Shown here: one piece after another, positions 9,718-18,427 of the stretch | How the letters are laid out: each line of letters starts with the position of its first letter | Position numbering within the stretch: position 1 is the first letter of the stretch | DNA from: Candidatus Gottesmanbacteria bacterium | GTDB taxonomy: Bacteria; Patescibacteriota; Microgenomatia; UBA10105 | Assembly: GCA_023245415.1 (NCBI GenBank) | Contig: JAHFKJ010000003.1 | Span: forward strand, 7,196-71,195 | Reading direction: 5' to 3' | DNA length: 64,000 nt | The notes under the pieces: generated by a model | What the model was told of the DNA's origin: nothing | The model's input: only the letters and a program-made list of their open reading frames with translations | The model's database searches: none | Program-made: the position numbers and the translations under genes

Positions 9718-11019
9718 ATGCAATATTTTATTCAAACTTTCGGTTGCCAGGCGAATAAAGCTGATTCCGAACGGATAGCAGGAATGTTAGAAGCACGTGG
9801 TATGAGTCCGGCAAAAACTATCGATGAAGCGGACCATATAGTTATTAATACCTGTATGATCCGCGAGTCGGCGGAAAATAGAGTTTATGGTCTTGTTAAC
9901 AATTTGGCCAAACGTAAACTTTCGGCCAAAGGCCGATGGGCCTCGGGCCCAAAAATAGTGGTGACTGGTTGTATGATTGGGATGGCAGTTAGGGATAAAA
10001 CCGGCAAGTTTTTTCAAAAAATAAGAGAAGCGATGCCGGATGTTGATGAATTTTTGCCAATTGAAGAAGTTGGTTTTGACAACGCGCCGATACGCACAAA
10101 TCAAATTCATGCTTGGGTGCCAATATCGAATGGCTGTAACAATTTCTGTACATTTTGTGTAGTTCCTTTTACCCGTGGTCGGGAAATAAGTCGGTCATTT
10201 CATGAAATATTACATGAAATCGAACATTTAGTAAGAAACAGATTCACAGAAGTTACTTTAGTCGGCCAAAATGTTAATTCGTACGGTGCGGATTTAGTTT
10301 TAGGAAAAGATAATGTGCAGGTAATGCGAGATCTGGATGCAGGCACCTACTTTGATACAAAAAAATTGGATTTGCCTGAAAGTGTCAAAACAGTGGTTCC
10401 TTATGAAGGTTATCGCCTGCCAAATGGAATTAAAGTAACGCCTGTTTATGTCAAACACCTGGGCAGGTTGCGGATACCGACACTTTTTCCGTATTTGCTT
10501 GATGAAATCTGTAAGATTGAGTCTTTAGAAAAGGTAGACTTTATTTCCTCAAATCCTTGGGATTTTACTGATGAACTGATTGAAGTTATCAAAAAGAACA
10601 AAAAAATTGTCCGACATTTACATTTTGCTTTACAATCCGGTGATAATGAAGTTTTGAAACGCATGAATCGTTGGTATACACGGGAAGAATATTTGAATTT
10701 AGTAAACAAGATTCGTCACGAAATTCCAAAGATAACTTTTTCAACGGATATAATTGTTGGATTTTGTGGTGAAACTGATGAGCAATTTGCAAATACTGTA
10801 GAACTAGTCAAGCAGATCGATTTTACAAAAGCATATATATCCATGTATTCTGACCGGCCTGTTACTGCTGCTCACAAAGTTTATCAAGACAATATTTCTC
10901 ACAAAGTAAAAAAACAGAGGTGGAAAATCTTAGACGATTTAATTAACCAAAAAAATTTGCAAGCTGGAACCTATACGGTGGATCAATATTCATCTAAAAG
11001 AGCATTTATGCCTGCCTAA
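9718..11019 (+). CDS. miaB: Radical-SAM methylthiotransferase, MiaB-like (tRNA ms2i6A synthase family)
   Basis: N-terminal MTTase domain (FGCQANKADSE); radical-SAM CNNFCTFC (CxxxCxxC); 433 aa; directly upstream of miaA. Confidence 0.8.
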   Translation: MQYFIQTFGCQANKADSERIAGMLEARGMSPAKTIDEADHIVINTCMIRESAENRVYGLVNNLAKRKLSAKGRWASGPKIVVTGCMIGMAVRDKTGKFFQKIREAMPDVDEFLPIEEVGFDNAPIRTNQIHAWVPISNGCNNFCTFCVVPFTRGREISRSFHEILHEIEHLVRNRFTEVTLVGQNVNSYGADLVLGKDNVQVMRDLDAGTYFDTKKLDLPESVKTVVPYEGYRLPNGIKVTPVYVKHLGRLRIPTLFPYLLDEICKIESLEKVDFISSNPWDFTDELIEVIKKNKKIVRHLHFALQSGDNEVLKRMNRWYTREEYLNLVNKIRHEIPKITFSTDIIVGFCGETDEQFANTVELVKQIDFTKAYISMYSDRPVTAAHKVYQDNISHKVKKQRWKILDDLINQKNLQAGTYTVDQYSSKRAFMPA

Positions 11020-11022
11020 TAT

Positions 11023-11108
11023 GTCATTCTGATCCGCCATGGGCGGAGAAGAATCTAGTCCGCCTAAGGCGGACGCTTCGCTAGATCCTTTACTACGTTC
11101 AGGATGAC
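11023..11108. repeat. Nested inverted-repeat element in the miaB-miaA spacer
   Basis: Outer arms GTCATTCTGA (11023-11032) and TCAGGATGAC (11099-11108) match 9/10; they enclose two hairpins, TCCGCC-ATG-GGCGGA (11033-11047) and AGTCCGCC-TAA-GGCGGAC (11057-11074). A near-identical hairpin AGTCCGCC-AAA-GGCGGAT recurs at 62666-62683. Confidence 0.4.
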
Positions 11109-11117
11109 TAGAAGTTT

Positions 11118-12200
11118 ATGAACAAACTTTTAGTAATTTGTGGCCCCACAGCCACAGGGAAAACAAATTTAGGAGTACAAATTGCCAAAAAATTTAATGG
11201 TGAAATTATTTCCGCCGATAGCCGGCAGGTGTATATAGGCATGGATATAGGTACAGGCAAAGACATTAACGAGAATGTAGAATTAAGTATTAAGAATCAA
11301 GAATTGGGGGTCGAGAATCAAAATTTAACAATTGGATTTAGGGAGAAAGAGGGTATTCCAATCTGGCTTATCGATATTGTTGAACCAGACTATGTGTTTA
11401 ACGTCGGTGAGTATGCACGGTTAGGGAAAATGATCATTAACTATTTATGGAGTAAAAATAAACTGCCGATTATCGTCGGCGGCACTGGATTATATATTAA
11501 AGCGCTGACTCAAGTACTCCCAAACATATATATACCGCCAAACGCGGATTTAAGAAAAAAACTGGAGTTAATGACAGTTGCAGAATTACAAGTAGAACTT
11601 AAGAAATCAAACAACGATTGGTTCACCCATTTAAATATATCTGACAAAAAAAATCCCCGGCGTCTGATTCGAGCAATTGAAATAGTGTCTTGGAAAAAAA
11701 ATGTCATGCTGAACTCGTTTCAGCATCTCAATATTTACAAGTCTTCATTCCAAACTGATCAAGGAATCCTGAAATCCATTCGGCAGGCTCAGGATGACAA
11801 TCTCACTATTGGCCTCACCGCGCCACTAAATGATTTATTTCGCCGGATTGATGCCCGGGTTGAAGCCCGGGTCAAAGCCGGAATAATTGCGGAAATTACC
11901 ACCTTACTTAAGAATGGGTTTGGTTGGGATTTGGCCTCAATGAGTGGATTGGGGTACAAAGAATGGCAAGAATACTTCAAAGCGTTAAGCGTTAAGCGTA
12001 TAGCGTTTAGTGAAAATGAAGAATTAATCCAAAAAATTGTAGCTACCTGGAAAAAGGATGAGTATGATTATGCCAAACGACAGTTGACTTGGTTTAAAAA
12101 GGAGAAGCATATTCAATGGTTTGATACAAGTCAAAATGGCTTCGAAAATGTTGTAGTGCAACTCGTCGGAGAATGGTATACTAAAGTTAAACAAGGGTGA
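11118..12200 (+). CDS. miaA: tRNA dimethylallyltransferase
   Basis: P-loop ICGPTATGKT; ISADSRQVYIGMDIGTGK motif; 360 aa (carries an internal insertion relative to E. coli MiaA). Confidence 0.9.
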   Translation: MNKLLVICGPTATGKTNLGVQIAKKFNGEIISADSRQVYIGMDIGTGKDINENVELSIKNQELGVENQNLTIGFREKEGIPIWLIDIVEPDYVFNVGEYARLGKMIINYLWSKNKLPIIVGGTGLYIKALTQVLPNIYIPPNADLRKKLELMTVAELQVELKKSNNDWFTHLNISDKKNPRRLIRAIEIVSWKKNVMLNSFQHLNIYKSSFQTDQGILKSIRQAQDDNLTIGLTAPLNDLFRRIDARVEARVKAGIIAEITTLLKNGFGWDLASMSGLGYKEWQEYFKALSVKRIAFSENEELIQKIVATWKKDEYDYAKRQLTWFKKEKHIQWFDTSQNGFENVVVQLVGEWYTKVKQG

Positions 12201-12204
12201 TTTT

Positions 12205-13176
12205 ATGCCTGAACGAATTGAGATTTCTACGAAAGCGATACTTCTAATTTTTGCATTCGTCACTGGACTTTGGTTGTTTATCACTATTCACGATATTTTA
12301 CTTCTTCTGTTTATGGCTTTTGTCGTCATGTCGGCACTGAAGACGAATGTTGATTACATGGTTCGGCGGGGAATAAATAGAACTTTGGCAATAGCCTGCA
12401 ATTACGTGATAATTTTATGTATATTAGCAATATTCGCAACGATTGTATTACCTCCGCTCGTTTCAGAATCAATACGTTTAGCCGTTCACCTACCGGAACT
12501 TATAAATAAATTCGCACCTTTCATAAATATAAATCAGGATACGATTTTGCAGCAAATTACACCTATTGGACAGAATATAGCGAAATTGACCATCGGAGTT
12601 TTTTCAAATATCTTTACAATTTTAACAATTATGGTGTTTTCTTTTTATTTTCTGCACGAACATGGAAACGTGCGCCGGTTTTTATCGGGATTTATCGGCA
12701 GTGTTTGGGCAGATCAAACTGTTGAAATTGTCAAAAAAATTGAGGAACGGATGGGAGCATGGGTAAGAGGTGAACTGATATTAGGTTTTATTATTGGAAT
12801 ATCTTCCTATATTGGATTATTACTGCTGGGTGTCAATTTTGCTCTGCCTTTAGCTTTGCTTGCAGGGGTGTTGGAACTGGTGCCAATTATCGGACCAATA
12901 ATCTCAGCAATACCGGCGATTATCGTAGCTTTTCCTGACTCACCCCTTTTAGCCTTGAAAGTAGTTATACTTTATACGGTAATTCAACAACTGGAAAATA
13001 ACTTTATCGTCCCCACAGTCATGCAGAAGTCGGTTGGTTTACCTTCATTGGCGATTCTTTTAGCTTTGATGGTCGGTGGCAGATTGGGTGGTACTATAGG
13101 AATAATATTAGCCGTACCGTTACTTCTAGCTTCACAAACTATGATTCAATATTTTTTAACAAAACGACATATATGA
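12205..13176 (+). CDS. AI-2E family (UPF0118/PerM-like) transporter
   Basis: 323-aa polytopic protein with the characteristic LELVPIIGPIISAIPAIIVAF segment. Confidence 0.75.
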   Translation: MPERIEISTKAILLIFAFVTGLWLFITIHDILLLLFMAFVVMSALKTNVDYMVRRGINRTLAIACNYVIILCILAIFATIVLPPLVSESIRLAVHLPELINKFAPFININQDTILQQITPIGQNIAKLTIGVFSNIFTILTIMVFSFYFLHEHGNVRRFLSGFIGSVWADQTVEIVKKIEERMGAWVRGELILGFIIGISSYIGLLLLGVNFALPLALLAGVLELVPIIGPIISAIPAIIVAFPDSPLLALKVVILYTVIQQLENNFIVPTVMQKSVGLPSLAILLALMVGGRLGGTIGIILAVPLLLASQTMIQYFLTKRHI

Positions 13177-13222
13177 TATAATGTATCTTACCTAAGTCCT
13201 CTTATACTTACTTTTTAAAAAT

Positions 13223-13594
13223 ATGCCCAATAAAGCCAAACTTAGTCAATATAAACCTTGGGGAAAATCGGTGTCTATAAATTTATTCGATTGCGACATA
13301 TCATTATTTTATCCGGATCCTATAAAAAAATTCATCAATGAAGTGATCAAAGTAGTCGATATGAAAGCTCATGGTCCATGTTATGTAGATTGCTTTGGTA
13401 TTGGGGAGCTTAAAGGGTATTCAGCGATGCAATTTATTGAGACATCTTCGATAACCGTACATACCGATGAACCAGGAAAACGATGTTTTATTGATATTTT
13501 CAGCTGTAAAGATTTTGATTCTAAGCTTGCGGCCGAAATTTCAAATAAATATTTCCAAGCCAAACGGATAAAATACATTACTTTAACAAGATAA
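13223..13594 (+). CDS. speH: S-adenosylmethionine decarboxylase proenzyme (small pyruvoyl-dependent class)
   Basis: 123 aa; GYSAMQFIETSSITVHTDEP...CFIDIFSC matches the G-SGVV-ESHL-IHTWPE / DLFTCG core, including the E-S/T-S self-cleavage site. Confidence 0.75.
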   Translation: MPNKAKLSQYKPWGKSVSINLFDCDISLFYPDPIKKFINEVIKVVDMKAHGPCYVDCFGIGELKGYSAMQFIETSSITVHTDEPGKRCFIDIFSCKDFDSKLAAEISNKYFQAKRIKYITLTR

Positions 13595-13647
13595 ATATAC
13601 TTCCAAAAAATAAACCTTTTTGTTGATTATGGAGAATCTGATAGTAA

Positions 13648-14520
13648 ATGAATATGAATTGGTTCATTTTTGCACTGATATCCTTTTTTGGTTGGTCGAT
13701 TGGTGATATATTTGGTGCAGTAGTATCAAAAAAAATAGGTGAATTCTCAGCTACTTTTTGGCAATTAATAGTTGGATTTATTGCATCATCATTGTTGGTT
13801 CCGCTTGCGATTACGGACTTAAGACACATGACTCTTAGTCTAATGTTGCTTAATCTCCTTCTAGGCGCCCTGTTTATTATAGGTTTAGTAACCTTTAATA
13901 AAGGTTTACGGATAGGTTCTCCAGCTAGAGTGGGAACAATAACCGCTTCTTTTTCCGCCGTGACAGCGATAATATCTTTTTTTGTATTTCATGAGCAAAT
14001 TACAGTATGGCAGCTACTTGCTTTAATCGTAATTTTTAGTGGTATCATTTTGTCTGGTTTAAAAAATAAAATAGGTAGTAGGAAAAAATATAGATTAGCT
14101 ATTAGAGGAACTTGGTTAGCGATTACTACTATGGTGTTATGGGGAATCTATTATGCATTTATAAAGATTCCTTCTCAGTATATAGGTTGGTTTTGGCCGC
14201 AATATATAACATTAAGTCTAGTACTAGTCATATGGTGGATTATACGTTTTAAAAAAATAAAAATACGCTCTGTTTTATCTAAAGGCGCCTTTTGGTCAAT
14301 TTTATTGAATGGGATACTCGTGGCGGTTGGAGAATACAGTTTTAATTATGCGGTTGTCAGGAACGCATCTGTGGTGGTTGCACCAATTGCTGGTTCGTAT
14401 CCCGTTTTATATGTTTTGTTAGCTTTCTTTGTGTTTAAAGATAAATTATCACGTATGCAATTTTTTGGTATAATAATTAATCTTCTAGGTATCGTTTGGT
14501 TAGCATATCTAAGTTCATAA
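13648..14520 (+). CDS. EamA/DMT-superfamily transporter
   Basis: 290 aa, about 10 predicted TM helices in two repeated halves. Confidence 0.6.
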   Translation: MNMNWFIFALISFFGWSIGDIFGAVVSKKIGEFSATFWQLIVGFIASSLLVPLAITDLRHMTLSLMLLNLLLGALFIIGLVTFNKGLRIGSPARVGTITASFSAVTAIISFFVFHEQITVWQLLALIVIFSGIILSGLKNKIGSRKKYRLAIRGTWLAITTMVLWGIYYAFIKIPSQYIGWFWPQYITLSLVLVIWWIIRFKKIKIRSVLSKGAFWSILLNGILVAVGEYSFNYAVVRNASVVVAPIAGSYPVLYVLLAFFVFKDKLSRMQFFGIIINLLGIVWLAYLSS

Positions 14521-14608
14521 TTCTAATTTAAATTTAGCTAATTAAATAATCGGAAATGAATGGAATGATTTCTTGCAAATTCTAGTTTAAATAGATAGGA
14601 TTAGATGT

Positions 14609-15268
14609 ATGATTATTTCAGATCAGTTAAGGCATTATTCAGAATCTTCTCATAGAAGTTGGGTGAAAACCAAAGCGGTGTTTACGAAAAATTCTTTATT
14701 GATTAAGTCGTATCAAGTGATGCAGCGTTGGGAAAATAACTATATGAAAAGTTTAGCAGCGATTGCTACCTCTAAAGGAGGTAATGTATTGGAGGTCGGA
14801 TTTGGTTTGGGAATTTCGGCTGGTTATATCGAACAATCAAAAAAAATTAAGACTCATATTGTAATTGAATGTCATCCTGATGTGATAAAACAGGCAAAAA
14901 TGAAATTTAAAAGGCAGTTAGCAACTGATCGGATGATACTTCGTGAAGGGTTTTGGGAGGACATCACACCACAAATATCTGATAAAACATTTGACGGAAT
15001 ACTTTTTGACAGTTGTCCGTTGGAATCTGGTGTAGAATTTTTTCAATTTTTCCCCTTTTTTACTGAAGCGTACCGATTATTAAAAGATGATGGTGTTTTT
15101 ACTTATTTTTCAGATGAGGCCAAAAAAATTTCTCCAGCACACCTTACCAAACTTAAAAAAGCCGGATTTCACAATATTAAATTTAAAATTTGCAAAGTGC
15201 GTCCACCAATAACTTGCGAATATTGGAAGCACAACTCAATAGTTGCACCAATTATCAAAAAATTATAA
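14609..15268 (+). CDS. Guanidinoacetate N-methyltransferase (GAMT/RMT2 family) homologue
   Basis: Collinear with recalled human GAMT over the full length: [36 protein letters not shown] versus [49 protein letters not shown] versus FDGILYDTYPLSE; C-terminal [10 protein letters not shown] versus VPPADCRYYAF. Confidence 0.75.
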   Translation: [219 protein letters not shown]

Positions 15269-15282
15269 ACTTTAATAGTCAT

Positions 15283-16089
15283 ATGTTTATATCCCTGCCC
15301 CAATATTTATTTTCATTATACTTGGGTGGTTTACTGATTTTTTGGTTTCTCCTTCATCTAAGTGGTTTAAAAACTGATTTTTGGAATTACCTCTATTCAT
15401 TTGCTTTTAGCCTAATGCCTCTATTTGGTGGATTATTTGGAATATACATTGCAAAACCATGGGGGTTTTTGAAAAGCTTCATAGGTAAAGCAATTTTTTA
15501 TATTTCTTTAGGATTATTTACTTGGGGTGCTGGGAGTATGGTGTGGTCATACTATAACTTTTTCCAGAAAGTGGCCGCGCCGTATCCCTCACTGGCTGAT
15601 ATTGGTTTTATACTTAGTTTACCTTTTTGGACAATCGGGATTGTCAATCTGTCTTATGCCACTGGCGCACGGGTAAACTTAAAACATAATAAAAGACGCG
15701 CCTTATTAATTTTTATTCCAGTGATTGTAATAATTGTGTCCTACTATTTATTAGTAGTTGTGGCTCGTGGTGGGATTATTACAAGTTCTTTCGATGATTA
15801 CCTGAAATTATTTTTTGATTTGGCCTATCCCATAGGAGACATAGTGATATTGTCTTTAGCACTGGTAGTATTTGGTTTGTCATTAAACTTTTTGGGGGGG
15901 AGGTACAAGTTAACAATTTTTGCAATTCTTATCGGTTTTAGTTTGATGTATGTGGCTGATTTTATATTTTCCTATACAACCACCATTGGCTCTTTTTACA
16001 ATGGAGATTTCGGCGATTTAATGTTTACCTTGGCGCTATTTACAATTACTTTTGGAATATTCGGTTTTTATTCGTTACCTAGAAATTAA
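15283..16089 (+). CDS. Hypothetical polytopic membrane protein
   Basis: Hydrophobic throughout; internal ATG at 15283 chosen because the track start at 15190 overlaps the preceding methyltransferase by 79 nt. Confidence 0.5.
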   Translation: MFISLPQYLFSLYLGGLLIFWFLLHLSGLKTDFWNYLYSFAFSLMPLFGGLFGIYIAKPWGFLKSFIGKAIFYISLGLFTWGAGSMVWSYYNFFQKVAAPYPSLADIGFILSLPFWTIGIVNLSYATGARVNLKHNKRRALLIFIPVIVIIVSYYLLVVVARGGIITSSFDDYLKLFFDLAYPIGDIVILSLALVVFGLSLNFLGGRYKLTIFAILIGFSLMYVADFIFSYTTTIGSFYNGDFGDLMFTLALFTITFGIFGFYSLPRN

Positions 16090-16113
16090 TAGCTTAAAAA
16101 AATTTCAGTATAT

Positions 16114-16398
16114 ATGCAAAGTTTAGACATTAATTTACTAATTAAATCAATCATCGAAAAACAAAGTACAATTATTGGACCTTTAGCCGTAGAACAGGCC
16201 AACAAGGTAGATGGTGTTAAGGTTTCCGCTGACATGGGTAGTATACAAGTTGATGGTGATCCCAGACAAGTCTTAAATAATTTAGTGATTCAATATGAGA
16301 AAATCTTTGGGTTAGCATCAGTGGAGGTATGTAAAGATGCAGTTCGAGAAGTACAGCCAGCCGTCCCTCAAAAAGAATTGCCTGAAATTCTGCAATAA
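16114..16398 (+). CDS. Hypothetical small protein (94 aa)
   Basis: Complete ORF, no recognisable motif; directly upstream of the histidine kinase. Confidence 0.4.
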   Translation: MQSLDINLLIKSIIEKQSTIIGPLAVEQANKVDGVKVSADMGSIQVDGDPRQVLNNLVIQYEKIFGLASVEVCKDAVREVQPAVPQKELPEILQ

Positions 16399-16439
16399 TG
16401 CCTCTCGTATCTTCTGCAATTTTTATCTATAATTGATTC

Positions 16440-17885
16440 ATGTCTGCTGCAAATGTAGTTTTCTATGGGTCTTCTCCAGCCCAAAGAGGTTTTGGTTTGC
16501 CTCAGACTAAACCGCAGTCTACGTCTGATAATTCAGATACAGGCATGTTGTTACGCGGTGATGATTCGTATCGAAAAATTACTGAAGAGATGTACAAGCA
16601 AAATCTGGAATTGGCGATTCGCAACAAAACATTAGGGGTTTTGAAAAGTCTGTATGCTATTTCCATGGGCTCACTTGATGTGAAAGAAGTAGCCCAAAGT
16701 ATAGCTGATACGATAGTCAAAGAATTAAATTTTGCTGCAGTATTTATATATAAAATTAATCATATCGAAAAAATACTCTGTCCGATTGCGTTTACTAAGT
16801 TGCCGGAAATGCTGGAGTCTCTGCAACTACTTGGTAAGCCGCTTGAGGAAATGTCTTTGTCTTTAGATTTTGGAGAGAATTTGTTGATTAACACCATAAA
16901 AGACAAAGAAAGAAAAATAACCGGGAATTTGCTCGATATTCTTGTGCCTTTCGTAGATCAGCAGACGGCCGATGAAATTGAACGGATAACTAAAATCAAA
17001 ACGATCATTATTTACCCTCTTTATTTAGCAGATAAATCATTGGGAACATTAACCATCGGTTTGGCAAAAAAAGTGGATGATTTGTCCAGAAGTGAAAAAG
17101 AAACACTGGAACAGCTCATCGATGTCGTCAGCATCGCGCTTGATCGGGCCCAGCTGCATCAGGATTTACAATTGGCTAACGAAAAACTGCAGGAGTTGGA
17201 TAAACTCAAAGACGAGTTTGTGTCGCTCGCTTCCCATGAACTCAGGACCCCCATGACCGCGATCAAGGGATCGCTATCGACAATATTGGATGGGTACGCC
17301 GGTGAAGTTTCTAAAGATGGACGTGAGTTTTTGACCGCCGCTTACAATGAAAATGACCGCCTCATCCGTCTAGTAAATAATTTATTAAATATCTCCCGGA
17401 TTGAAGCCGGCAGGTTTGCATTTAATGTGTCAAGTATTAACATGGATCAACTCATCAGCGAAATTCTGTATAGTTTACAGCCGGCGGTCAAAGAAAAAAA
17501 TATTTATTTGAAGTTTGTTTCCGACGGAAAATTGCCACTTGTAGCCGGTGACGTAGATAAAGTAAAAGAGGTCCTGATTAATTTGATCGGAAACGCGATC
17601 AAATTTACCCATAAAGGTGGGGTGGTAATCACGGCTCATGTTCAAGACCAGATGGTAGTTACAGCTGTGACAGATACCGGTTCCGGAATTGCCAAAGAAG
17701 ATCAGGATCTCCTGTTTAAAAAATTTTCCCAGGTCGGTAAAAATTATGCCCGGCCGACCGGAGGAACAGGTTTAGGATTGTATATCAGTAAAAAAATTGT
17801 CGAAGGACTGCAAGGATCAATTTGGCTGGATTCAACGTTAAACAAAGGTAGTACTTTTTATTTTTCACTGCCGATTGCGAAATAA
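16440..17885 (+). CDS. Sensor histidine kinase, soluble (GAF-like N-terminus, HisKA + HATPase_c)
   Basis: H-box SHELRTPMTAIKGS; N-box LIGNAIKFT; G-boxes DTGSGI and GGTGLGL; no TM segment. Confidence 0.85.
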   Translation: MSAANVVFYGSSPAQRGFGLPQTKPQSTSDNSDTGMLLRGDDSYRKITEEMYKQNLELAIRNKTLGVLKSLYAISMGSLDVKEVAQSIADTIVKELNFAAVFIYKINHIEKILCPIAFTKLPEMLESLQLLGKPLEEMSLSLDFGENLLINTIKDKERKITGNLLDILVPFVDQQTADEIERITKIKTIIIYPLYLADKSLGTLTIGLAKKVDDLSRSEKETLEQLIDVVSIALDRAQLHQDLQLANEKLQELDKLKDEFVSLASHELRTPMTAIKGSLSTILDGYAGEVSKDGREFLTAAYNENDRLIRLVNNLLNISRIEAGRFAFNVSSINMDQLISEILYSLQPAVKEKNIYLKFVSDGKLPLVAGDVDKVKEVLINLIGNAIKFTHKGGVVITAHVQDQMVVTAVTDTGSGIAKEDQDLLFKKFSQVGKNYARPTGGTGLGLYISKKIVEGLQGSIWLDSTLNKGSTFYFSLPIAK

Positions 17886-17977
17886 TCATGTATAATATGA
17901 GTCGGAAGATGATTGACAAGAGATAAGTGAGAAGTAATAAATAATTTTGATTTTTTTCTGCTTGTCACTATTTAATT

Positions 17978-18352
17978 ATGGCGAAAATTCTCTTAGTCGA
18001 AGACGATCCTTTAATCATTAAGATTTACACCACACGCTTGATTGCCGATGGCTTTCAGGTTTTTTCAGCCGAAAACGGGGAAGATGGATTAAAACTCGCA
18101 GAAAAAGAGCTGCCGGATATTGTAGTTCTTGACATAATGATGCCGAAAATTGATGGTTTCGGAGTTTTGGAAAAATTAAGAAATCATGAAATGCTTAAAA
18201 ATATACCTATTTTGATATACTCAAATTTAGCCGCGGAGGATGAAGTTGCACGGGCATTAAAAATGGGTGCAACCGAGTTTATAATAAAAGCAAATCTTTC
18301 CCCTACAGAAATGGTGAGTAAAATAAAACAATACTTACACCCAAGCGTATAG
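17978..18352 (+). CDS. Single-domain response regulator (CheY-like receiver)
   Basis: 124 aa; ILLVEDD; phospho-acceptor DIVVLDIMMP; conserved K in IIKANL; no output domain. Confidence 0.85.
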   Translation: MAKILLVEDDPLIIKIYTTRLIADGFQVFSAENGEDGLKLAEKELPDIVVLDIMMPKIDGFGVLEKLRNHEMLKNIPILIYSNLAAEDEVARALKMGATEFIIKANLSPTEMVSKIKQYLHPSV

Positions 18353-18427
18353 CGTTTAACGTGAAGCGTTAAGGTGATTAAAATGTAATTTGCTGTACGC
18401 TTTACCCTTTACGCTTAGCGCTATAAT

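Noticed and set aside
11991-12006. 16-nt identity (aagcgtatagcgttta) between the miaA coding sequence and the response-regulator/pilB intergenic palindrome at 18345-18360
   Set aside because: With about 2e9 pairwise comparisons in 64 kb, one exact 16-mer coincidence is expected by chance in AT-biased DNA
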